A DNA stretch of 64,000 bases from an uncultured Alphaproteobacteria bacterium (GTDB taxonomy: Bacteria > Pseudomonadota > Alphaproteobacteria > UBA6615): NCBI GenBank assembly GCA_964276015.1, contig CAXYDO010000009.1, positions 60,738 to 124,737 of the forward strand, given 5' to 3'. Positions 20,717-27,069 of the stretch are shown here, one piece after another. The stretch's first letter is position 1. Every line of letters starts with the position of its first letter. Both the position numbers and the translations under genes were made by a program. Under the pieces are notes generated by a model. It saw only the letters and a list, made by a program, of their open reading frames with translations. It was not told the origin of the DNA and did no database searches.

Positions 20717-21853
20717 ATGAATGATACTGGCGCGGCTTCCTGGCCGCATATTCTCTCCCCGTTCCGTCTGGGTTCACTCGACCTGCCCAACCGTTCCGTT
20801 GTGGCCCCGATGACCCGGATCAGCGCGGACGTGGATGGCGTGCCGACCCCGCAGATGGCCGAACACTACGCGGCGTTCGCCCGGGGCGGTTTTGGTCTGA
20901 TCATCACCGAGGGCACCCACCCCGACACGGCCCAAAGTCAGGGCTATCTTGACCAGCCCGGGATCGCGACACCGGCTCAGGTCGAGGGCTGGTGCCAAGT
21001 CGTCGATGCGGTGCACAGGGCGGGCGGGCGTATTGCTCTCCAGCTCATGCATGCCGGCGCGCTGGTTCAGGACAATCGCTACACAGGCGAGACACTCGCC
21101 CCCTCAGCGATTCAGCCCGCTGGCAATATGGCCGCACGTTACTATGGCGATGGTCCGTTTCTGATGCCGCGGGCCATGACCGGTGATGAGATCACAGCGG
21201 CGGTGGAGTCGTTTGGATCGGCGGCGGCGAATGCCATGGAGGCCGGCTTCGACGGGGTCGAGATCCACGGGGCCAATGGTTATTTGCCGGTTCAGTTCCT
21301 GACCCCGGAGGCCAACACCCGCACGGACGAATATGGCGGGTCCCTCGAGAACCGCCTGCGATTCCATCGTGAAATCATGGCCGCCGTGGTGCGTGGCGTG
21401 GCGGGCAGGGGGCTCGCAGGAATGCGGCTGTCTCAAAGTCGCTCGAGCGATTTTACCTATAAATGGAGCGGTGGCGTCGACGACGCGCGCACTATCTTTG
21501 GTGCGATGGCTGCCGAAGGCGCGGATTTTCTCCATGTCAGCACCCATCAGGGTCTGGGGGAGGAGTTCGGCACGAGCCGTACCCTGGCAGGACTGGCACG
21601 GGATTTCACCGATTTGCCCGTCATCGCCTGCGGCAAATTGGAAACCCCGGACAATGCCGAAGCGATATTGAGCGGGGGCGAAGCCGATCTGGTCGCGATT
21701 GCCCGCGGCGCGATTGGTGATCCGTCCTGGCCGCAAAAACTGGCGGATGGTGTAGATCCCGTCACTTTTGATCCAGAGATGATCAGCCCGTTCGCGACTC
21801 TCAATGCCACCGCCCAATGGCGTGCGGCCAACGGCGTGATGTTTGCGGACTGA
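20717..21853 (+). CDS. NADH:flavin oxidoreductase (Old Yellow Enzyme family)
   Basis: ATG 20717; ...LPNRSVVAPMTRISA...GFDGVEIHGANGYL... typical OYE motifs. Confidence 0.85.
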   Translation: MNDTGAASWPHILSPFRLGSLDLPNRSVVAPMTRISADVDGVPTPQMAEHYAAFARGGFGLIITEGTHPDTAQSQGYLDQPGIATPAQVEGWCQVVDAVHRAGGRIALQLMHAGALVQDNRYTGETLAPSAIQPAGNMAARYYGDGPFLMPRAMTGDEITAAVESFGSAAANAMEAGFDGVEIHGANGYLPVQFLTPEANTRTDEYGGSLENRLRFHREIMAAVVRGVAGRGLAGMRLSQSRSSDFTYKWSGGVDDARTIFGAMAAEGADFLHVSTHQGLGEEFGTSRTLAGLARDFTDLPVIACGKLETPDNAEAILSGGEADLVAIARGAIGDPSWPQKLADGVDPVTFDPEMISPFATLNATAQWRAANGVMFAD

Positions 21854-21908
21854 GAAATTTTCGGTCTCCAACCGGACATTGTCGGAAAATAAACGACCAT
21901 TATTGCGC

Positions 21909-21939
21909 TTGACCTTCCGGTTACTAGAAGGTGTAGGAA
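21909..21939 (+). promoter_or_regulatory. MerR/CueR-type promoter-operator (19-bp spacer) upstream of the cytochrome c gene
   Basis: TTGACC(21909-21914)-19 nt-TAGGAA(21934-21939). The spacer holds the dyad ACCTTCC-GGTTACT-AGAAGGT (7-7-7). This closely resembles my recollection of the E. coli copA CueR site, TTGACCTTCCCCTTGCTGGAAGGTTTAACCT. Confidence 0.5.
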
Positions 21940-21971
21940 ATGATCTGCAATTGGTGAGCAGGTACAGGTAT

Positions 21972-22445
21972 ATGTCCAAACGTAGTCTGGTGATAATCGT
22001 TTTCGTGATCGTGATAGTTGCTGCGGGTATCTATCTTGTGATTGGAAAACCGACTGCCGGGGCTACGCTTTCAGCGGATTCTTCAAATGCGAAACTCGTG
22101 GCGATGGGGCGACAAGTATATGCGTCCCAATGCGCGGCTTGCCACGGTGCAAATCTTGAAGGACAGGAAAAATGGCGCGAGCGCAAGGCTGACGGCAAGC
22201 TTCCGGCTCCCCCCCATAACGCGTCAGGCCATACTTGGCATCATGACGATCTGACCCTGTTCAACCTTACGAAATTTGGATTAGCCGCGATCGTCGGGCA
22301 ACCCGTAGAGACGGATATGCCAGTTTACGAAGGAAAACTTTCGGACGAGGAAATCTGGGCGGTGCTCGCCTATATCAAGTCGCGCTGGCCCGAGAAAATT
22401 CAGCAGCGGCAGGAAAACCTCAACGGACGCGCCAAAGGTTCCTGA
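21972..22445 (+). CDS. Membrane-anchored c-type cytochrome
   Basis: ATG 21972 gives MSKRSLVIIVFVIVIVAAGIYLVIG (N-terminal anchor); CAACHG heme-binding motif; 157 aa. Confidence 0.8.
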   Translation: MSKRSLVIIVFVIVIVAAGIYLVIGKPTAGATLSADSSNAKLVAMGRQVYASQCAACHGANLEGQEKWRERKADGKLPAPPHNASGHTWHHDDLTLFNLTKFGLAAIVGQPVETDMPVYEGKLSDEEIWAVLAYIKSRWPEKIQQRQENLNGRAKGS

Positions 22446-22601
22446 CCATTGTGCACTGCATTTTCACTAGTCCCGGAAGTCCGGTTGGTCTTTGGCGTCA
22501 AGCCGGTTCAACTGTCTGACCAGCTCGGATCATGACGAGGTTGAGTTTGCGCAACGACCTGATCAACAGCACTTTTCCAGGAACAGCGACGCTGTGGATA
22601 G

Positions 22602-22763
22602 CTGTCGCTGTCGATTCGAACAATCGAAGCAAGGCTGAAGGCTTGGGAAAGCTGGTTTGGCGAGATCCCTTCGAGAGGCGAATGGAAAAATCTCGCGCAG
22701 CAGATCGGCGTTAGTCCGGAGGCCCTGTACAGGGAATTGGCAAAGCGGAAGCGCCCGGGCTGA
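22602..22763 (+). pseudogene. C-terminal HTH remnant of a Crp/Fnr-like regulator
   Basis: A frame without a start codon reads ...IRTIEARLKAWESWFGEIPSRGEWKNLAQQIGVSPEALYRELAKRKRPG then stops. Upstream sequence only makes sense in other frames. The listed ORF 22532..22714 is out of frame with this. Confidence 0.35.
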
Positions 22764-22826
22764 AGTCGGAGAGCGGACGCCGCACAGTAAAGATACTTGC
22801 CTGTTGCCCGGCTGACTTCGTGGTGT

Positions 22827-23666
22827 TTAGTAAAGCACCAAAGCGCGCATCTCGATGCTTTCGCGGATCGCCGCGTCGGGCGGCGTGTTCGGATCGTCGA
22901 ACGCGGTATGCGCGGTAAAGCGCACGCCGGCTGAGGCGTCCGTGTCGAAGACCTTGAACACCAGCGCCTCGTCGCGCGTCATGTGCGGGAACCAGAACCA
23001 GCGGTGCGCCGGATTGTACGAGATGTGATAGGTCTCGCCGGTGCGATAGCGATACCGCCGCTCGTAAGGGATGAAGCCCTCTTCGGGAATCGTCCGGCCG
23101 TCACACAGCGCTAGGGGGTCTCGTTCGACACGCGGCGCGATCGACCGCCAGGTCTGGATAATAGCAAAGCGCCGCTTGAGCGCTGCCTCGGCCTCGGCTT
23201 CCGGCAGGAAGTCCCGTATGCGCTGAGGGGCTGAACGCTCCGTATAGTCGTTGTGCACCGAATAGACCGCTTTGCGCACCCGGTCGGCCTGCTGGCGTGC
23301 CTGCTCGGCGGTCCGCAGGGTGTGGTCGAACACCAACACGCGTTCTGCGCCGCCGCTATGAGCCTGGATCAGGGCTTCGGTTTCTTGATAGTAGACGGAA
23401 CGCACCTCGTCCTCATCGTAGAAATCCCTCACCTTCGTGTCTTGGTCGACGAAGGCGAAGCCGTGGGAGGGCAGGGTAAATTGCGCTGGGTCGCCGCGGC
23501 CATTTTGGATGGGCACGAGGTGTTTTTGGTAGGCGGGCTTGTGGGCGAGATGTTCCATCTCTGGCCAGTCGAGGTAGCGCACCGCCGGGATGCCGTCTTC
23601 GACGATGTAGTCGAGTTCGGCTTCGACATGGTCAAGATCGGGGGTGAGTTCGGCGGTCTGGGCCAT
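22827..23666 (-). CDS. CmcJ/NvfI-like family oxidoreductase
   Basis: 279 aa; LVFDHTLR, VHNDYT, WRSI...DPLALCD and HRWFWFPHM...VFKVFD match my memory of the CmcJ (7-alpha-cephem-methoxylase P8-related) family. Confidence 0.65.
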   Translation of the reverse strand: MAQTAELTPDLDHVEAELDYIVEDGIPAVRYLDWPEMEHLAHKPAYQKHLVPIQNGRGDPAQFTLPSHGFAFVDQDTKVRDFYDEDEVRSVYYQETEALIQAHSGGAERVLVFDHTLRTAEQARQQADRVRKAVYSVHNDYTERSAPQRIRDFLPEAEAEAALKRRFAIIQTWRSIAPRVERDPLALCDGRTIPEEGFIPYERRYRYRTGETYHISYNPAHRWFWFPHMTRDEALVFKVFDTDASAGVRFTAHTAFDDPNTPPDAAIRESIEMRALVLY

Positions 23667-23774
23667 GGGTCGGTTCCTCCGTGGGGCGTTCGCCCCGCTT
23701 CGCGTCGATTGTCTTGGAGGCTAGGCTGATGGCCAATTCGCGGTCAAGCTTGACCGATATACTGAGAAAAAATT

Positions 23775-23864
23775 TGGCGGAGGGAGAGAGATTCGAACTC
23801 TCGATACCCTTGCAGGTATACTAGTTTTCGAGACTAGCGCATTCAACCACTCTGCCACCCCTCC
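23775..23864 (-). tRNA. tRNA-Ser (anticodon CGA)
   Basis: Minus strand: GGAGGGG-TG-GCA-GAGTGGTTGAA-TGC-G-CTAGT-CTCGAAA-ACTAG-[long variable arm TATACCTGCAAGGGTATC]-GAGAG-TTCGAAT-CTCTC-TCCCTCC-G-CCA. The cloverleaf folds by hand, with discriminator G and an encoded CCA. Confidence 0.9.
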
Positions 23865-23943
23865 GACGGGATGTTTATACTTATTTTCAGGACAAATGGA
23901 ACTCGTATCTCACCGACCCTATGAGGTCGTGTTTCGGTTACCC

Positions 23944-24013
23944 GTTAAGACACAAAAAGGTTGTGAGGTTTTGACCCCCCATCCGTATTTTTTTCCCAGT
24001 TAAGACACAAAAA
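23944..24013. repeat. Two direct copies of GTTAAGACACAAAAA, 55 nt apart
   Basis: 23944..23958 and 23999..24013, identical 15-mers, 80-150 nt from the 5' end of the tRNA gene. Confidence 0.7.
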
Positions 24014-24081
24014 AAACCCCAGTTTTAGGGGGGGTCTTCGATATATCTCCAAGGGACGTTATTGGAGTTATAGATTAGGTT

Positions 24082-24333
24082 TTATTTTCCAGTTTTGACG
24101 GGGGGGCAATCCTCCTCAAACGCAAAGTAGTCTGCGTACCCACCCATTTCCCAACTAGTTCCCTTCGGTAGTCCCAGTTTCTTGTCTATCCCTGCGAGGT
24201 CAGCAAAGGTTCCTGTATCTCCAAGTTTGGAAATCTCCTCATTCACCAGTTTTGCGGTTGCGTCATATCCACCAGACATTCGTTTCCAACTTCGTAGGAT
24301 TGAGATTTCCTCATCCAACTGACTTGCGACCAT
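24082..24333 (-). CDS. Hypothetical small protein, paralog A (83 aa)
   Basis: AAGGAG RBS 6 nt upstream of the ATG. MVASQLDEEISILRSWKRMSGGYDATAKLVNEEISKLGDTGTFADLAGIDKKLGLPKGTSWEMGGYADYFAFEEDCPPVKTGK. I do not recognise a family. Confidence 0.6.
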   Translation of the reverse strand: MVASQLDEEISILRSWKRMSGGYDATAKLVNEEISKLGDTGTFADLAGIDKKLGLPKGTSWEMGGYADYFAFEEDCPPVKTGK

Positions 24334-24373
24334 CGGTTCTCCTTATTTTTAGATTTGTAAGTGTCTCGTTGGA

Positions 24374-24465
24374 TTAGACCCACTCGACACCTCACTCAGG
24401 CAACTTTCTCTGACCCTTCTCGACCCCAACGCAAAAGACCCCTCAGCATGGCGTCTGAGAGGTCT
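24374..24465 (-). promoter_or_regulatory. Module copy 1: hairpin terminator plus promoter-like conserved block
   Basis: Minus strand: AGACCTCTCAG-acgccatg-CTGAGGGGTCT-TTTGCGTTGGGGTCGAGAAGGGTCAGAGAAAGTTGCCTGAGTGAGGTGTCGAGTGGGTCTAA. An 11-bp stem with 1 mismatch, followed by a T-run. Confidence 0.55.
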
Positions 24466-24646
24466 GTATTGGTGTTATATCCGAGGGATGTCCGAGTGTG
24501 ACCTCAGAGAAACATATGACGTGAGGTCTTATTTCTGTTGCTCAGACGGTCTGGATGATTTTTGGTGCAAATCTCCCCTCATGATATCGGGGTGGTGCGT
24601 CTGTGCGCTCCTCTGCGGTCGTTTGGCAGGAAAGCTGGCTTACCGC

Positions 24647-25069
24647 TTATCCCACTAACCAAGATATTGGTATTACTAGAAATCCCATGAGGCAACAAAT
24701 TAGCCAAAAACCTAGTCCCTGAAAAATAGACCAATACAGTTCTTTAATTCTTGCGGGAAAACAACTCTTATCCTGAATTGTTTTAATTTTGGGCGACAAC
24801 CCAAACCCTGATACCAAAAGAACCACACAAGACGCCCCAAAAATCCAAATTCCTACACCAAAAAAGAAAGCAGTTAGGACAAATTGAAAGATATCAAACA
24901 CTAGATTTATTAATGATACAGATTTCATTGAAGAGAAATTTTGAAAATAGAATATTACAACGAGAAAAAAAGGTAGGATATTCTTAGATACTACTAGCCA
25001 TCTTGGCTGCCGAATAATTTCCGGCTTATAATCTATAAAATATTTGATAAGAAAACGCTTTAAGAACAT
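24647..25069 (-). CDS. Hypothetical polytopic membrane protein (140 aa), extremely AT-rich
   Basis: About 4 hydrophobic helices (ILPFFLVVIFYF; FVLTAFFFGVGIWIFGASCVVLLVSGF; GLGFWLICCLMGFLVIPISWLV). Weak RBS. No recognised family. Confidence 0.5.
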   Translation of the reverse strand: MFLKRFLIKYFIDYKPEIIRQPRWLVVSKNILPFFLVVIFYFQNFSSMKSVSLINLVFDIFQFVLTAFFFGVGIWIFGASCVVLLVSGFGLSPKIKTIQDKSCFPARIKELYWSIFQGLGFWLICCLMGFLVIPISWLVG

Positions 25070-25147
25070 TAAATCCCATTAGATGAAGCCCTTAATACCG
25101 GCCATCAGAATCCCTTTCCAATTTTTTTATTACGTAATATTTTTAGC

Positions 25148-25173
25148 CACACATTCACGGGCAAGTTTCTGTG
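25148..25173. repeat. 26-nt repeat copy A (CACACATTCACGGGCAAGTTTCTGTG)
   Basis: Matches 27023..27048 at 21/26 positions in the same orientation. Ends are CACA...TGTG. Confidence 0.6.
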
Positions 25174-25221
25174 CGTCAGCGATTTGAGGGCGTGTTCATC
25201 GCTGGCCGTTAGTTGGCATTC

Positions 25222-25371
25222 TTAACGACATTTGAAGCCCGAATCATTTTCCTTGGCGACGCAGCTAATCGGAGGCTTTGAAGGCCACATCGATGCCTGA
25301 TCTAAATTATCACTACATCCTGACAGGGAAAGAAGTCCGATAGCGATGATGGTGGCGGTTAGGTTTCTCAT
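25222..25371 (-). CDS. Small lipoprotein (49 aa)
   Basis: MRNLTATIIAIGLLSLSGC, a signal peptide with an L-S-G-C lipobox; the mature part is about 30 aa with two more Cys. The 86-aa ORF-track version adds a non-coding-looking leader. Confidence 0.5.
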   Translation of the reverse strand: MRNLTATIIAIGLLSLSGCSDNLDQASMWPSKPPISCVAKENDSGFKCR

Positions 25372-25434
25372 GGGGGAAGTCTGACAGAGAACATTCCGAA
25401 TGGGTAGAGAGAATGGGTGACACCGTATGAAAGA

Positions 25435-25476
25435 CCCTCCAGTGGTGATCCAGGTCCCCCTCCAGTGGTGATCCAG
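25435..25476. repeat. Tandem 19-nt repeat CCCTCCAGTGGTGATCCAG x2 (period 23 nt) in the lipoprotein leader
   Basis: 25435..25453 and 25458..25476 are identical. The period is not a multiple of 3. Confidence 0.8.
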
Positions 25477-25494
25477 ATCCATTACCCCGCAGAC

Positions 25495-25584
25495 TTAGAC
25501 CCACTCGACACATTACCCAGGCACCTTTCCCTGACCCTTCTCGACCCCAACGCAAAACCCCCCAGCATGGTCAATGAGAGGTCT
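25495..25584 (-). promoter_or_regulatory. Module copy 3 (degenerate hairpin, conserved core)
   Basis: Minus strand: ...TTTTGCGTTGGGGTCGAGAAGGGTCAGGGAAAGGTGCCTGGGTAATGTGTCGAGTGGGTCTAAG. The hairpin arms carry about 4 mismatches. Confidence 0.45.
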
Positions 25585-25632
25585 GTATGGGTGTCGGTGG
25601 TGGGTATTGGGGGTGGTCGGGTGAGGTTCTCC

Positions 25633-25722
25633 TCAGGTGACCTTCTGAGCAACGAACTCTGACGGACCCTTACCCTTGGAACGTTTCACAACATACCCCT
25701 TCCAGTTTCGGGTAGGGGGTCC
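25633..25722 (-). pseudogene. Truncated duplicate of the C-terminus of the 93-aa protein
   Basis: Reads ...GPPTRNWKGYVVKRSKGKGPSEFVAQKVT then stop, against ...KGYVVKRSKGKGASGFVAQKVV then stop in 26194..26475. No start codon. Confidence 0.6.
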
Positions 25723-25789
25723 ATATTTCTCTCTAGGTTCAACCCTACTTTTGTAGGTTAGATTTTATCTCCCAGTTTTGACGGGGGGT

Positions 25790-26017
25790 CTAATCCTCCT
25801 CAAACGCAAAGTAGTCAGCATATCCCCCCATTTCCCAACTGGTTCCCTTCGGCAATCCCAGTTTCTTGTCTATCCCTGCGAGGTCTGCAAAGGTTCCCGC
25901 ATCCCCAAGTTTGGAAATCTCCTCATTCACCTTCCTTGCGGTTGCGTCATATCCACCAGACATTCGTTTCCAACTTCGTAGGATTGAGATTTCCTCATCC
26001 AACTGACTTGCGACCAT
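25790..26017 (-). CDS. Hypothetical small protein, paralog B (75 aa)
   Basis: Same RBS and leader as paralog A; 4 aa substitutions. It ends at a TAG where paralog A has TGC and reads on for 8 more codons. Confidence 0.6.
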   Translation of the reverse strand: MVASQLDEEISILRSWKRMSGGYDATARKVNEEISKLGDAGTFADLAGIDKKLGLPKGTSWEMGGYADYFAFEED

Positions 26018-26057
26018 CGGTTCTCCTTATTTTTAGATTTGTAAGTGTCTCGTTGGA

Positions 26058-26149
26058 TTAGACCCACTCGACACCTCACTCAGGCAACTTTCTCTGACCC
26101 TTCTCGACCCCAACGCAAAAGACCCCTCAGCATGGTGACTGAGAGGTCT
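26058..26149 (-). promoter_or_regulatory. Module copy 2
   Basis: Identical to copy 1 across the conserved block. The hairpin is 26120..26149, with 2 loop substitutions. Confidence 0.55.
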
Positions 26150-26193
26150 ATATGGGTCGGTGGTGGGTATTGGTTGGTCTGTGTGAGGTCTAA

Positions 26194-26475
26194 TCAGACA
26201 ACCTTCTGAGCAACGAACCCTGACGCACCCTTACCCTTAGACCTCTTGACGACATATCCCTTGGTGCCCAGACGAAAGGTCTTGTCGTCCTTGAACTGAC
26301 CCAGTGCGGCGACGAGTGCGTCTGCAACAGGGTCACGAACTTCCTTAGGGGTCTTGGACTGGGTTTTCATCCACTTACCGAATGCGTTCTCTGCGATGTC
26401 GTCACCGACACTCTTGCGGAGGGCATTGAGTTTGCGGACCTGACCTTTAGTCAGAGTGGAATGGTCGATGGTCAT
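26194..26475 (-). CDS. Hypothetical Lys-rich small protein (93 aa)
   Basis: ATG 26475 with GAAGGAA RBS. MTIDHSTLTKGQVRKLNALRKSVGDDIAENAFGKWMKTQSKTPKEVRDPVADALVAALGQFKDDKTFRLGTKGYVVKRSKGKGASGFVAQKVV. No recognised family. Confidence 0.6.
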   Translation of the reverse strand: MTIDHSTLTKGQVRKLNALRKSVGDDIAENAFGKWMKTQSKTPKEVRDPVADALVAALGQFKDDKTFRLGTKGYVVKRSKGKGASGFVAQKVV

Positions 26476-26594
26476 GGAAGTTCCTTCTTTGGATAGATGC
26501 GACATTGTATTTGATATTATAATTATAAAGCAGAATGTCTGAGTTCGATAGAGAAAATTAGGAGTGGGTGGTTCTGCACTCATGCCTCGCAGAC

Positions 26595-26675
26595 TTAGAC
26601 CCTCTCGATGGAACACTCTAAGAACCTTTCTGACCCCAACGCAAAAGACCCCTCAGCACGGTGACCGAGAGGTCT
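26595..26675 (-). promoter_or_regulatory. Module copy 4 (internal deletion, intact hairpin)
   Basis: Minus strand: AGACCTCTCGG-tcaccgtg-CTGAGGGGTCT-TTTGCGTTGGGGTCAGAAAGGTTCTTAGAGTGTTCCATCGAGAGGGTCTAAG. Confidence 0.5.
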
Positions 26676-26725
26676 TTATCGGTGTTATGTCTGAGGGATA
26701 ATCAGAAAGAGGACTAGGTGAAGTT

Positions 26726-26899
26726 TTACTCAGAATTTTTATCATCAATAAGTTTGTCTAATTTTAATATTACCAATTTGAACGACCCATATAAAATTAA
26801 TCCCAGACCAAAAATACCAAACCCTATTGATATAGCGATTTGTTGAAAAATAAATCCCCATCCAATAATCTTCAAAATATCTCCCGCTAAAAGGGTCAA
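26726..26899 (-). CDS. Possible small 2-TM protein (57 aa, TTG start) or C-terminal relic of a membrane protein
   Basis: LTLLAGDILKIIGWGFIFQQIAISIGFGIFGLGLILYGSFKLVILKLDKLIDDKNSE. No ATG and no RBS. Below the ORF-track length cutoff. Confidence 0.3.
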   Translation of the reverse strand: MTLLAGDILKIIGWGFIFQQIAISIGFGIFGLGLILYGSFKLVILKLDKLIDDKNSE

Positions 26900-26990
26900 G
26901 GAACTGCGTGATAGTTGAATGGGTGCGTCAGCAATCGCAAAGGAAATGGGGATTGGTAGAGCACCCGTATATCCGGCACTTGGGGCGTAG
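26895..26990 (+). pseudogene. Relic of a serine recombinase (resolvase/invertase) C-terminal HTH
   Basis: VKELRDS-[TGA]-MGASAIAKEMGIGRAPVYPALGA then stop. This resembles the resolvase-type HTH tail (..ELR..G.S...IAKE.GI.R..VYR.L). The catalytic domain is absent. Confidence 0.45.
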
Positions 26991-27022
26991 AGGTTCTACT
27001 CAACACCCTTTGTGTTTTTACG

Positions 27023-27048
27023 GACACATTTACGGGCAAGGTCTTGTG
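27023..27048. repeat. 26-nt repeat copy B (GACACATTTACGGGCAAGGTCTTGTG)
   Basis: See 25148..25173. It lies 33 nt downstream of the recombinase relic. Confidence 0.6.
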
Positions 27049-27069
27049 ATTTTTTAAGCTGAATCCTCT

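Larger units (their letters stand above)
24076..24470. repeat. Direct repeat copy I (about 395 bp): small gene plus leader plus module
   Basis: Aligns by eye at about 90% identity or better with 25755..26154 (offset 1684 nt). Confidence 0.85.
25755..26154. repeat. Direct repeat copy II (about 395 bp)
   Basis: See 24076..24470. Confidence 0.85.

Noticed and set aside
22532-22714. The 60-aa ORF MTRLSLRNDLINST... as a real gene.
   Set aside because: It has no RBS or motif, and it is out of frame with the only recognisable (HTH) reading of this region. I treat it as part of a decayed regulator.
24400-24420. A sigma54 (-24 GG / -12 GC) promoter inside the module (GGGTCAGAGAAAGTTGCC).
   Set aside because: The GG-to-GC spacing is 12 nt instead of the required 10, and the motif is not preserved in copies 3 and 4.
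25435-25476. A mini-CRISPR interpretation of the 19-nt tandem repeat.
   Set aside because: There are only two units separated by a 4-nt spacer, no cas genes and no array.
25222-25482. The 86-aa version of the lipoprotein ORF, and the 140-aa version of ORF 26194..26616.
   Set aside because: The N-terminal extensions run through the tandem-repeat leader and the promoter-like module and lack an RBS. Internal ATGs (25371 and 26475) give a proper signal peptide and a good RBS respectively.
24374-26675. Reading the repeated modules as integron attC sites, which would make the islet an integron cassette array.
   Set aside because: There are no RYYYAAC / GTTRRRY core pairs at the module ends and no intI gene or attI in the window. 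The modules look like terminator plus promoter rather than promoterless attC recombination sites.
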